From: Balanoglossus misakiensis
Lineage: Eukaryota; Animalia; Hemichordata
DNA length: 64,000 nt
Direction of reading: 5' to 3'
Assembly (NCBI GenBank): GCA_040954595.2
Contig: CM082577.2
Span: 18,202,303-18,266,302, forward strand
The notes under the pieces were generated by a model, which made no database searches, was not told the DNA's origin, and saw nothing but the letters and a program-made list of their open reading frames with translations. Made by a program: the position numbers and the translations under genes. How positions within the stretch are numbered: the first letter of the stretch is position 1; every line of letters begins with the position of its first letter. Below, in pieces: positions 38,384-52,700 of the stretch.

Positions 38384-40179
38384 GGAGAAAAGAACATTGC
38401 GCCAAGCTAAGTTCGACCATTTCCAGTTTTTAATCCATATATAAACTCATCCCCGACGTGTACAAAATGCACTGTTTAGAATTGAAATCCCTCTGTAATT
38501 GTTGACGTCATTTAATGACCCGTTAAGAGAAGAGGTATAATTTCACCGATTGAATTATCTCCGGGGAAGTGAGACAAATAGTAGTAAAACTTTAAATTAT
38601 TTTCTGTTCTGTGATTGGCGTATTTAGAATTTCATATCATCATCGTCGTCGTGCACGTGATAGACTGGTGACTTTACATTCAATAAGACTCCTCCGTCCA
38701 ATGTTTGCCGGAAAATTAGATCACTATAATCAGTATCAAAGTAGAACGTGTACAAGTTCCAAATTCCGAAACCGTTCATTTAAAGTGATACATCCGACGG
38801 TGCAAACGCTGTAAGGTACTATAGTAGATGACCGCTCTGTACTGCAATATCGCTGATAATACAAATGTTAGAAAATGCTTGCATTTGACATGTAAACATG
38901 TGGGAAGAAGCCACCCTCTCTTTATATATTTCATTTCTAGCTTAACTTAAATACAACCCTGCAGCAGGAGCCCATATGCGTTCCCAATAATAAATTGATG
39001 ACATGTCGGGTAATGAATCAGATCGATAGACATGATAAAACTGCTATTGCCGTATACGCAATGAGTAACTTTTCGAGCATATTGTAGGACGAATCACTAT
39101 CGACGTATGAAAAGTGATATACATTACTCATTTATTACTTATATGTATAACGTATAGGCTCTAAACGTGTATATCAAATCGGAATAAGGCAGACTTGATG
39201 ATAAATGAGACAGGAATGATAATATGTAAATGAGCTAAAGTGATTATCGAAATGAAATAGTAAACCTGACAATCAATCTACAAAATAGAGCTATTCAGTT
39301 ACAGCAGGCCGCATATATACATATGCTGTACAACCTCTTTGATGTCTGATGTATGGACTGGTAATGACATGTGCGTTCTATATTTGTGGTTAAAATAATG
39401 TCAAAGCATATTATTAATTTTTATACTGAATTATCCACTGAGGAATAATTTTATTATCCACCATATTTAGCAATAATAGAAACTATGACCGCAGCACTAT
39501 TGCTTATGTCTTCAAAAAGGATACATTCACATTTACTGCTGAAATTTGACATGATTTTAAATTTGCTACGTGAATTGTATCAATTCATTGAAACCATATT
39601 CATACGTGTTGCATAAACGAATCAGGTCAAAACCACAAGTATGAAACTATGCATGAAACATTCATTTGCTATATCGCTTAATATTTCCGTTAAATATATA
39701 ATAGTTTATTCTAAGTAAATTTCACAGCTACGAAAAGGCAGTGGTAGTTTAAAGAGGGAGCCTTTCTCCAACAGTTTACGAATTAAAGCGTTGACACTTT
39801 CCGTCTTCTCAATAGAAACACAAGTTGGCCATAATGTCTAGATCTACGTCGGTTTGATGGCGTATTCGTGTACTTTCCAGCCTTCAGCCATTTCCCTGCA
39901 TACAACAGCAGAAACCTGGACTAGAAGTAGCCTTTGCGGCTGTTTATACATGCATGGTTCTGTCCTCTTACTATGATCAAGTCAATAGGTCATTAATGAT
40001 ATTTTCCTCATGACCCATCCTTGTTTGGAGGACATTCTATCATCATTCGTCCAGTCATGTATGAGTAGGTTCATTTTACATCCCCATCAAAGATATCAAG
40101 TGTGTACAGATTTGAAATATCCAGAGGCTTGTTGAGCTCCAAGAACATCTTGTATTCTGATACAGTGTAAAGAGAACAT

Positions 40180-40569
40180 CTACACAGAAGCTATCGGCTC
40201 GTATGACGATCTGCACCGGCAAATACTTTGCTTGCAATTATGACCGTGGTTCTCAGCAAGGTGACGATTTTCGGAACGTGCCTTACAGCAAAGAATTACT
40301 GTAGCACAAGCGAAACACAGTCCTATTAGAAGAAAAATTCCGCCGATGATCAGAAATATGTTCAGCCCATTGACCTTCACAGGAGCAAGGACAGAGCCTA
40401 CTCCCAAAAATATGAACGCTGGTAGGAATGACGATATTGATAAAATCAAACAAATTATACCATACAGAATTTTGAGATCGACAGGTGGAATAATATGTCT
40501 CTCTCTTCGTCGTCTGCTGCTACTTATGTCATGAATGTCTTCCAGGGCACTTGAATCGCTAGAATCCAT
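40180..40569 (-). CDS. Putative small two-pass membrane protein (~129 aa), unknown family
   Basis: ATG in a GCCATGG Kozak context. An acidic N-terminus is followed by RRRRER, two hydrophobic helices (ILYGIICLILSISSFLPAFIFLGVGSVL; IFLIIGGIFLLIGLCFACATVILCC) and a juxtamembrane CCK. A candidate splice acceptor (ttttattacag) lies at ~40645. A diverged paralogue at ~54.3-54.5 kb supports coding status. Confidence 0.7.
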   Translation of the reverse strand: MDSSDSSALEDIHDISSSRRRRERHIIPPVDLKILYGIICLILSISSFLPAFIFLGVGSVLAPVKVNGLNIFLIIGGIFLLIGLCFACATVILCCKARSENRHLAENHGHNCKQSICRCRSSYEPIASV

Positions 40570-41667
40570 GGCAGAAGTTGATAACAGTTGTCTATTCCAA
40601 ATGCCCACGTTGGTGGCAAAGCGTCGAGTTCGCTTGCATCATTTCTGTAATAAAACCAGATGAAAGGGAATGACTGATTGGCCCAATTCTATTCACTTCT
40701 TTACCGGTCGAAAGGGCATGGGTGATTGGCCAATTCTATTCACTTGTGTAGCTGGCCATTAACTATTCTCAAAGCAGTTTACCCATCTCATCTTTCCATC
40801 CAATCAAAGGTTATTGCGGTCGGATGGACAACACGTTTTGTGGGAAGATACGAATACGTGAGATGAATGTACGACGACAAATGTACAGTGACTGACATGG
40901 CAACTTCTCTGTTGCATAGTTACCGCTTTTAAAGTGTTCACAAGAATCAATTATGGTATTTTCTTCTCTGTAAAAGAATTCTGAAACATGCAATGAGAAT
41001 TTATAGGAAACGAAAGGGTGGTAGGCGATGCACTGCTTGAATTATAATTTACCTAAAGTGCGAACGCATACCAATGTTAAGGAACGCTAAACAAATGCCT
41101 CTTTATACAAAGGAAACTTACCATGCTCAATGTCAAACTTTTAGAGTTAGTTTCCCTATGAGATAACTCAATTCTATGATAGTAAAAGATTTATACTTAA
41201 AACCGAAATTGAATTGAAAATCAATTCTAAACCAAAGATATCATATACTTTGTTGTCGTTGAAAAGATCCGTTTTTTTTCAGGTATTACAATACAAAAAT
41301 ATCGATGACGTCATGTACACTGTACATTGAGCTTTACTAGTCTTTTCAATCCTTCAAAGTATCGTAAAGTGACATTAGGCTACCTTTTGTCAGCCTACCA
41401 CTTTAAAATAATTTCCACAAGCGTTCATAAAAGGGGTTGTCGACTCCGACACAATTTAGACCATTAATATAATTTGCTGGATTTGGAATTCCCCATCCAA
41501 ATAAAGTAGCCCCTCACTACTGCATATTTAAGGTTCAAAATGTCAAGGTTTCAAAAGCGAACGCTATGGTGCTATGTACATGTAGTAGCAAGTAAAAGCA
41601 ATTGTTTTGAGGGCACATCCTTGATGTGTCTGTGTTTGTTAGCAAATTTCTGTGGCAGCTCTGTCAC

Positions 41668-41832
<165 letters not shown>

Positions 41833-44800
41833 AATGTACGGACACGAATTGTGGGTGTTGTAATCCTCGAGCTCCAGATGTGTGTGTGTGTGACAGAGAG
41901 AGAGAGAGACAGTATCACAGGGGTGGTATGTTTTCTTAGACGTGTGAATTATGTTGAATATAGGACTCGAGACATGTCACAAGAACAATCTAATCTAAAT
42001 GTTATTCTGCAATTATCAATATTGAACGTGTAGTACGTATGTAGTTTATAATAGCGGACATTTATTGTGAGGAACTGTTACCGTGCACTTCAAATACGAG
42101 CACAGTTAAATGCCAACACACCTAACAACTCAGTTGACTTTGCTTATGATGATCTTTGTGAACCACGAACATGTTTCAAAGTAATTGCATATTTTGCCGG
42201 CCATTTTCCTGGAAACATTTTCAGTCAGCGTGGGAATAATCCCATGCACTTTTTTGTGTTATCATTAAATTCAATAAGCGTGAATAGGTTTGAAGTTTCC
42301 AGTGACTTAATTTAAACGATAGCTGTTGTTTTAAGATTTGTTTTCCTCTCACACACATTCAAGAAGTTTATGTCAATGGGGCAAGATTGATACACCGCAT
42401 ATCTAAACTCATGCAGCCGATAACCATAGCAACAGAGCAAATGGTAAAGTAATTACATTTACTAGTAATTAATGATTTGAATCTTGTGGGAAAATTGAAC
42501 CACGTATCCTCGTGAGATTACTGCGATGTCTCTGCTGATAAGACTTTGTCCTTTCTCTATGCCTTCAACATCCCAATCGCAAACGTTCAAAATTTGCCTG
42601 ACAGAACAGTTGGTTGAATATGAAGGCAGAAATTAAAGACGATCTCATTTAGCTTAATCGCGTTTATGTGGATTGTTCAAATTCCGAACACACTTTTAGA
42701 ATACCTGTAAACCAAAAAGAAAACATTGCTGTGCTACGAACCATACAGTTCGAAATTGTTCATACCGTGACAGCAAAATCCACTACAATCAACACACAGA
42801 GAAATCAACATTTTTTATAACATTTGCGGTAGTGACAAAATAAGGTGGGTCTCGGTCAAAAGAAGTGATTCTTAGTAACAATTTTATGCTAGCTAGGCTC
42901 CTTCTTGGGGCAAAATCGCGGTATGTTACACAGAGCTAAATATAAACTGATGTCCATTCGTATCAAAGGACGAAGTCAAATACTAGTAAGTAAACAGACT
43001 AGGGCCTTCGAGATTCGCGAACCTCAACACCACCTCTCTGAAAATACAGAATGTGTGAACGCTTTGTTCGGCATTCATGACATGATTTCCACAACTAAAG
43101 ACTTAAGGCTTGTTCGGTCGCATCACGTGGCACAAAAACGTTAATATACAAAACCCTTTATACTATATTTACTCCGATGCATGAACATTGAGACAGAATG
43201 AATAGTGTAAATGTTGTAGTTGAACCTTGAATTGCTACGCGAGCTGTTCTCACCCAATGCCGCTCTCCTCTAACGTAGGCAATGCCTGACATGTCACAGT
43301 CAACACTCGAACTCGTATTTCAATGCAATTGGCAACCTGTCAATTAATATATCAGAATATATACGCACCCCTGATGACCATATTGGAATAAATAATACAA
43401 GTAAAATGTGTCGATATACAGCGAGTTAGAGTTCAATCAAAACGAACTACGCTTGAATTTAATAGGGTTTAAGCGTGTACGAGAATGGAGGACATGAAGG
43501 ACAGACTCGCACGCCGCGGTAAACCGACTTCCTTCTTCCAGGCGATTTCCCGTTAAAGCACCATAACGAATAAATAAACGATAATGCGACAGAGTAAAAG
43601 TAGCGTATGAACGGATTCCACACAAATATTCCTGGTTCGCTTCACAAAACTTTCAAATTTGTCGAGAAGAGATGATATGTCACGCGTAACAAGTAGAAGC
43701 AGTGCATCGTCCGAACAGAGAAACACTGAAGCAAGTCATATTAATTCAGGTGTAACATGCCTATTCCCAAACTCACCTTAAATGCTTAGAAAACGGCGTA
43801 TTGTGTCCTCTTTTATGGCCCGTATAGTATATGGCCCGTATAGTAGATTACCAGCTAGTCTGTGACCAATTCGTGCTCTAGCAGCTAACTAGCCCAAGAG
43901 GAGACGGATTCTGCTGCAGTGCAAATCGACACGATCTGATTTGCGTTGAACTCGCAGAGAGAACATTATTATTTATGTGCCGTAGTAAGGGACTATCCAG
44001 ATCACCCTGGTGATATGGAAAGTAGCCTTAGCCACGGCACGTAGGGATGACACGCTATAAAGTATCGAAGCTTGTACATGGCGAATCGAGAGTATAATTT
44101 TCTTTTTCTTTTCGGTAAAAAGATATGTGGCACAAACTCTGTCTTGACATATTAATGTCACATATTTTGACTAAGCCTCATGAGAGCTCATCAATTACAT
44201 GGTTTCGTTGTTCTTGTATTCTGTGGTTTACTGCAATTCTGAGGACCTTAAATCGAAATATGGAAAGCGAATATACGTTGCCTGATTTCGGCTTAATAAG
44301 AATAGTGCGCATCATATATTACTTTGATCCGTCGTGGACAAATATGTACGGACATGTGCATTGTTCAGTAACTGTTTAGAATAATACTTTGGATTTCACT
44401 TTGTAACGTAAACTTGCAATGTTGTCTCACATATCTTGTCTCACGATTTAGTAAGAACATTGTAGACATGAATAAATCGTGCATTCTATATTGACTTATG
44501 ATTATAAAATATGTTCTGCCTAATGAACAATTCATATTCCTACTGTTGTCTAGGAACCACACTGTTGATACAATTTATACCTGTTCTAATATTATTCGCG
44601 TATTATTCTGAGAAGCCATGTAAATTACGTACGTTCATACACACCTGTTTATTTTCTTAGGTTATAACTATCCCATGGCTGTGTATGAACAACTGAAATT
44701 CGATATAATCTTTTCAATCAACCATCCCTGGATATTCGAAGATATCAGCAGGCGGGCGGACAGTCACATACACTAAAGTAGCGGGGTAACTTTATTACGT

Positions 44801-46051
44801 ATATAATGGATAGAATCTTGCACAATCTCAGTGAAAAACATTTAACATATATATTTCGCTCGACTGCTTCATCTCGGATTTGTTTCTTTGAAATTTTCAT
44901 TCGAACAGAACACATTTGATTTTTACGGTATCAAATATTCATGGTCACATAAATACTAACGTGTATTCAAGTCATCATAAATGAAGTCATAGAAGAAGGT
45001 AAATTCAATCAATTTGGATGTTACCATCTCTAAAGGAAAATAAAGATAGGTGACTTTATTCGTTATTTCCTAATACAATCCCTTACAAATTAGTCTGGAA
45101 ATGTGCCACGCTATCCTCTGTCCTTGGGGCATTTTGACAAAAACTGTCCTATGGTGTTTACGTTAATTATTTATTCCCATCATTATGCCCATTCTGAACG
45201 AAATTACTTCATTTAACTATCGCATGAGTCGTGTTTATTCGGAATGCGTTTTGTTAGTTTTTTTTTCTAGTGGCATTTTGTTATCTAATAAAAATCTGCT
45301 ACCATTGTATTTCAGAAGGCCGACTTCTCGTTAAATGCAATTGGAGTATGGAAAGACTTTCGTCGTTAAAAAGAAGGGAATTTCAAATTACTTTTCACAA
45401 TTTACCGCATCAATGATTGGAGATTGATATGAGAATATAATGTCGTTTATCCAGGATAAACCTATTAATAAAATAAATGAAAGAAAATCGAGACTTTTAA
45501 TAAACACGGAAATGCGTCAAGCAGTCGCCTTTTTGTCAACAATACGACTAGCAACTGTATTATCGGGTATCTATTGAAACAATATTACCTGGTATTGGAC
45601 AATTTCTGAAGACTATTTCTATCAGATTTTACAATTTCCGCTTGGCAAAACTATCAGCGTTCTTAAACGAAACTATGGAAACGCGGGGCGTCACCAATTA
45701 AAGAAAGCACGGGGGTATGACGCTTAATATAACACAATAAGGTTACATAACTTCTGCTTGACGCCACATAAGCAGTTTACACATCTAAAATACTATATCA
45801 TCTGGCGTTTGTCACGTGATCAGTTGAATTCACTATTTAATTCCCCTTCACAACACCCTGCGATTTAAATGCCAGAGAATATGGAAGTCACACAGAACCG
45901 GTAAATATAAGTTCTTCCGACGTAGGGAGTGAAAAGTGGTTATGTCAAGGATTATTCTGTACTAGAATCTCACCAAGCGTAGTTCATTTTTCACGCTCAA
46001 AGATTACCGGAACACTTGCAATACTCTGCTTGTTATACTGACGACCCTTAA

Positions 46052-46782
46052 GGTGGCATTGCATGAAAAGTTGTGATTTTTGCCAAATTTTACTTGTTTA
46101 CATAAATCGGTAGGTCTAATACTGACCCACATCATGACTAATACGTCTTGGCGGAAATGTTGCATAATCACCCAAAATAGCACTTTTCTGACTGAGTCCA
46201 CAACAAAACAAATAGGTGTCAACAATGCAAATGGCCGTTTTTCTCAGTTTGCATTTTCGCTGCTCTTGACAACTTCAGAAGAATTTAGCTTCGCTCTGCG
46301 TTGGCCAAATTTGCTCAAATTTTAACAGGGGATTGTGTATGACCCATCCAACAAACGATTTTTTTAGTCGATAAGTTTCCCTGGCAGGAATAAACTCTGA
46401 TTCAATACAACTCACCGTGAATTTGATCAAATTTTCTAAAAATCTAACTTTCAAAAGCTGTTCCTCCTCAATGGAAGCAGATAACGCAAAACAAAATTAC
46501 CGTTTTTTTTTGCACGTGTACTCTAGTTTCGAATGACATATTAAGATGCATGATACATGGTCAACTTTTTTTACCTAAATTAAATTTAATGACATAATAT
46601 CAAAACATGTTTTTTTAACCCCAAAACGCCACCATTTCCGGAGATCAATAATATATGCAACTCAAACAAAAGTTCAAAAACTCAGCTTCCAGAATATATA
46701 TGGTTTATGGGGTTTTTAACGTTGTCTTTGATCCGAGAAATAGGCCTCTGAAAAAGTCTCGACGGTTTCATGCATTGCCACC
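46052..46782. mobile_element. TTAA-target MITE with GG...CC ends (Kolobok-like)
   Basis: TIRs ggtggcattgcatgaaa / tttcatgcattgccacc (1 mismatch), flanked by ttaa on the left and taaa on the right. Confidence 0.7.
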
Positions 46783-49700
46783 TAAACCTTGGCATTTCAC
46801 AAAGTGTGGTGTATCAGTGGAAATAAGTTTGTCTGCATGTATATATATGGCGCCATTTTCCCTTTTAATTACATTCCATGATTGCCAGTCCAATGACAGT
46901 TGCACACAGGATTCCTCACACAAGAAACAATAAACACGTTTGTATTCCATTAATTGTGAGTGATGATGTCTATACGCCGTCAATAGTCACATAGGAAATT
47001 AGTCCAATATTCAGTGAATACAGCTTTAGGGCGAATATTTCCAGTGTTTGATTATCCATTGTTCTCCTCAGCCTCAACAAGATGAAAATGATGCATTCTG
47101 TGGGATTGATGTTGCATGATATGAAGACTGGTCTTTTGTGAATTGGTATAGTATGTGGTAATGGCGCATGATTGACTACTGCTATTGACCTTGCAATTTG
47201 CACCTGATAGGGAGGTACTCATTGGCGCCAACCAGATGTTTAGTTTAACTCAACTATATCGAGTTGATGCCATGGTAACACACTCCTGTGTGTCTCCTAT
47301 CACTACATTGGCGAGGCATGCACATGGGCTCATTCAGATCTGACCTGACATCATAAACTTCGCCCTCTCACGCCCTCAGTCAGTGTGGAACGTGCAATGC
47401 ATAAATATTGCATAATCCAATTCAACAAACCAATGAGATTAGCAGAAATCCTTCACATGTGTTCCTGAAGATGTCCCCCGGCGAACGAACTTGTCAAAAA
47501 GTAACATAGGTTTCTAACTCCGTAATCGAGGTGTTCCATGCCAGGTTGACTTTACCTCCTGATGTACCGATGGTTTTATTATGCTATGTTGTATTTGAAG
47601 CTGGTATGGAATACCACCAACTATATGACACGCACGCGCGCACGCACGCACGCACATCAACGGGCAAAGACTGACTGACCCATAAGCTGCCAATGACATG
47701 TGTACTGTGCATACACCAAATAGAACAGCTGGTCTCTTTAACAGTTAGCCAGTTATGTAAACATGCAGAAATTTGCTGTTTGTACAAGTCTCATTAGGAA
47801 GTTCCTACCTAATTAGAAGGAACTATGTCGGGTAATTTCTCTTCTTGTTATACAAATTTTTGTAGTAAAATTAAGACAAACTATCCTACAAAATATAAAA
47901 ATTCCAAAATTCCTATGATTTGTTTCCATTATAAATTCTAAAGAAGCCCCTCCCATTAACTTACAACTCAAATTTAAAAGTAATCAGCCATATAATTTCT
48001 GAGAAATATAATTTTTTATCAAAATTAGAAAATATGCCCCAAAATACAAGCTATTGCCTTCACAAATCATTGACACTTTCTTCATAATAGGTTTTGTATT
48101 AAAATCATCATGAGAACACACCCAGGAACCTTCCAATCTACTGAAAACGACTCTCTAAATATTTGATTTCATCTCACCTTTTCAAAGCAAATATGCATCT
48201 TTACCTGATCCCAAAGAACTTTATTTGGAAATAATCTCTATTAAATTCACGAACAGTAGTATGATTGATGTCTTTAGATTTAAACCTGTCCGTCGTTGGT
48301 GAGAAATTCCGCCATCGATCTGTTTAACACGACTGTGTGGAAGACGTATGTGTAATCTTTATTATTTGGATGAGTTTTATTCCGCCGAAGAATGTCATCA
48401 TTTTAGTGGACAAGCGTTACCAAAGGTAAGACAATTATGGAAATGTCGAACGGATCCCTGACTTCGAAGGGATCAATCTGTGACGAGGTGACAACCAATC
48501 TCATTTTTGTAGTTTTAAACATCACTCAAGAAATTTAAGTGACTTTTCCCCTCTGATTTAAAAAAATGACAATTAACAAGATACGTGTGACCGGTCTTTA
48601 TTCTCAGTTAGACATGTAACATACAACACAAATGAACACTCTGAACTCACTGTAACTAACTGAAATTCGAGATGTCACGGTGCGTAAATAGAATGCGTTC
48701 AAAATTTCCGTCTCACAGAGTGTGCGCAAAATGATACACGAATGTATGCGTCACTTCCAGGAATAGACATCTTCATCGTAAGCCTCGTGAAATAACTGTA
48801 CAATTTGTCGTCGCATTTGCATAATATGTCACAAATTCCTCCGCCTAATGCCATGTAGTGTGTTTTTTTGTTTCCATGGCAACACACACCCTCTTCTCCG
48901 TGCAATGGTTCTGTCACCTGAGCTCATTTGTTGAATACCCATGCCAAATTACTAGTTGATTGTTAAACGCGTTTTTAAGTTTCCAAGGGATTTTTCCCTA
49001 GACACTATACACGACTAGAAGCACCGCGATTGTCTCCAAAACATACATGTTCGTCAAGAATATTACGCTGTCCATTCATAGGGGGAAACACTTCAGATAC
49101 TACGTGGGTATCTGATTCAAATTGCAGATTACGTGAATCTGAATAGCAGTTTGAAAACAGGCACAAACAAAGACACATGCTACGTTTATGATAATAACCA
49201 GACCTTCCCGGTAACAGTATATAAGTAGTAGACTGGCCAATTTATTTTCCCGGGCTCATATTTTCGAACAAGTCGTCTTTTCTGTTCAGGTATCAATCTC
49301 GTAGCAAACGATAGGTCTAGTGAACTCTCACCCGCTTGTAAGCTTTTCGCCAATTTATCGTTTTGACAGAAGGCAGAGATCATAATCAAACACATCTATC
49401 ATCCGATATACCTGTCTTTACTATATCCTGATAAATGATAGTTAGAAATACGCAGACCAAAAACAAATGAAATGTTCTAATTCGTTATTTTGTCTCATTA
49501 CATGTTCGCCAAGCCCCAATCTTGTAACTTTTGGACTAGAATGTTCATATCACTATCAGCTTGAATAGTCTGACATTTCGATCTTCAAAGCAAGCACTTT
49601 CCTACACAACTATTTTCTAATTACAGACAAATCGTGCTGTCATTATTATGCAGCAACATGTTCAAGTGTTCCAGCTACTTTTGCTGATGGAATTCGTCGT

Positions 49701-52700
49701 CATGAAGTAAGAGTAATGACCTAAAATGTCACTGAACCATTGACTGGTGGATACATGTAGTGTCAAAGAAAATGAACGCGCCTGTACACGGCTGTCTATT
49801 TTATTTCGAATTTCCCGAGTCGGCAAACATGGAACTAGTCTTTCTAGGGATAATAGCTGTACCATTTGACTATTTCTTTTCAGAATTTTGGGGTTCTTCT
49901 TTTGCCCCAAAGCGTGCTAATATGCCCGGTATTCTCCTTGAATTGTATATGTGAAACGACCATTGTTATTGTCGATAAATAATTCAGTCCGGGCTTAAAT
50001 TCATTTTCGTGGACAATAACACTCTGTTTTATTGTAATTTGAAATGGGCGGGTACGAGATGGTTTTTTCCTTAGACCTGGTACGAGGATGTGACAGTCGA
50101 CATCTTGCCATAGCTTAGCCAGGCAAAACAGGCTGTGTTGACAAGCTAAATACAAGGCACTTCACATAAAGTGCTTCACGAATGGAGAAATTCGAACCAT
50201 CCACTGTAGTAGATACACCAAAGGAAAATAATAAAAGAAAAAGACAATTTTCAAAAAATGCAGCTTTAATAAACCCGCTACAACTCATCATAGGAACAGC
50301 TAATGTTACAAAACAAACACGACAAATAACGATTATGTATTCTTCAACCAGGTGTGCGTTATTTTATAAGACTATAATGTTCCTTTAGTTTTGAGTTGAC
50401 AAATATTTAATACATTTCTTGGTTACGAATTTGTATATATGATGTAAATGAAATCATATCTTTTTCTGTAATGTAAGCCTGTGAATAAGTATTAGTTATC
50501 CAAATAATTGAAGGCTTTCATTGACGTTACAATATTTATCACAGACAAGAAGTTGACTCCTGAAACTGAATATCATTTGACACCGGCCTATTTTCATTTT
50601 ATTTCATTACCTTTCCTCTGATTGATATGTGAGTGATGACAAATCATTACACCATGCCGATGAATTATTACTTTTGATCCAAATACCGTAATGAAGAAAT
50701 GTTAATGCAGTAGCAATAAATGTTGTTATTGGAAACATAGAAAGCTATCGTGTCAGTGTCCTCAATCGACGGATGGTCTGTAATCTCTGTTATCGGCCAC
50801 GCACGTGTACACACGTACGTGTATACGGTTTCATATAACATTTTGCGAATAAAGATTCGCTTGAAAGCGTTAAATAATCCTGCCGTTCTATCACGTTTGA
50901 CATCCATTTTGAAACCAATTGTTATGTACATCTTAGCAATAGAAAAGCAGACTGTATGTATTCATTCGATGAATTACATAAACATTAACAATTTTAACCT
51001 GCGACTGCAACCGTTTTTAAATGTTAAAAAGCAGACAAGGCACGTGACTACCGATTTATTTTACGTATTTTAATATCATATCCGATTTTGCTTATGACAA
51101 AATGCAACCTAATTGACCAAATCTGCGTCTTAATTGCCATATATGGAACTCTACACGTAAACTCAATCAAAATATTGTTCTTTCAATAATTTAATTAGGT
51201 GGTTATTTATGTTACGCCCCACATAATGAAACGACTAATAAACCAAAACGAATTTCAGCAAGGGTTTAGATTCAATTGGAAATTCTGGTACATTCAAGCA
51301 ACCATTTCCTCTAATTTATTAAAGTAATTGTATGATGGCATTCATTTGACAGCTTGTTCGTTCAACTCCTAAACGGAGGAAGTGTCACAGTGCCGCATAG
51401 CCATGGTAACAGTCATACGTTCGTTTGGTAAATTATTTAAGGGTATTTGAGTATGCAATACACTATTTGAGAATTCACAAGCAGCATCAATGACGTGACA
51501 GCAGACACCGACTGAATAAATATACGCCAGCTTTTCTATGATTACAAATGTAGCTGATTTGTAACCTCCGGGCAGTAAACTAAAACAACAAACATGATCC
51601 TATGATTGAGATATTATTGGTTGAGATAATTTTGAGAATCCACATATCAACAACAAACATATTCCATTGTGTCAAGGTCAATTTAGAGCGTTTGTTACAA
51701 AGAAGAATTAGATATAACTGACAAAAACACCAGATGTGACGAGGTTAACGATATTATCTCCAGAATGAAGTAGAGTTTGAGAGAAACAAACTTGCTTTCG
51801 AGTTTATTTGACGAAGCCTCTGAGTTTTCGAGATATTGTAGACTAAAGTGTTGGACATGGCCCCATGGTACGTTTATCAACCATGGTGACTTCATTCGAT
51901 AGTCCCTGGGGAGTAATCGACACATACGTTTAGTTTGTCGGAAATAGATGGATTCGTCGATAGTAAATGCAACAGTGACATATATGCAAATATGTAGGTC
52001 TCTCTACTCTATCTAGCAAAGTCATGTCTCAAATGTCATATGAATTATCTAACACGGTGGCATGAACAGTTGTTTTTGAGGAACTAGATTTAGAAAGTTT
52101 TGATGTTTAACTGTTTATGGTATATGCACCTTTTTAATATTAAATGCAACGTGCTAAAGTGCTCTGCATTAGAATTATCCGACTTCACTGTAGTTGCCAA
52201 CAGAGTGAACTTGTATTTCCTTTCGGACATTATAAGGAAATCAATTACATCATAAAAGTTAGTTTCCCTGTCATTTCTTATGTTTTCCCCTACCATTGCT
52301 TTCTCACTTATATACACTGTGTCCGTTTTATGCAAAGTAGTACATTCTAATCACTGAGACTAGCACAAAGCTGGAAGTAATTCGTGCGTTCGTCTCACGG
52401 GAGTGTCTGTAAGCCGTCCATTAGCCATAGTAGCCAGTCTGCCCACATATCAACAGATTTACAGATCAAACTTTTCTAGTCTAGAGATGTGCTACACAAT
52501 AATAAGTGTAAGACTAAGTGAGTCAACGAAAAGTTCAGTCGACCAAGATATGTTTTGTTCACAGTCTGTGCATATTATACTACTTTTTCTATTGATACAT
52601 TTGCTTGGAACAATATTTATTGTACAACGTGTTGTTTTAGGATATTTATTCTGTTCCGTCCTCTGTAGTTTATTATTAACATGTAGTTTATTTCATTAAT

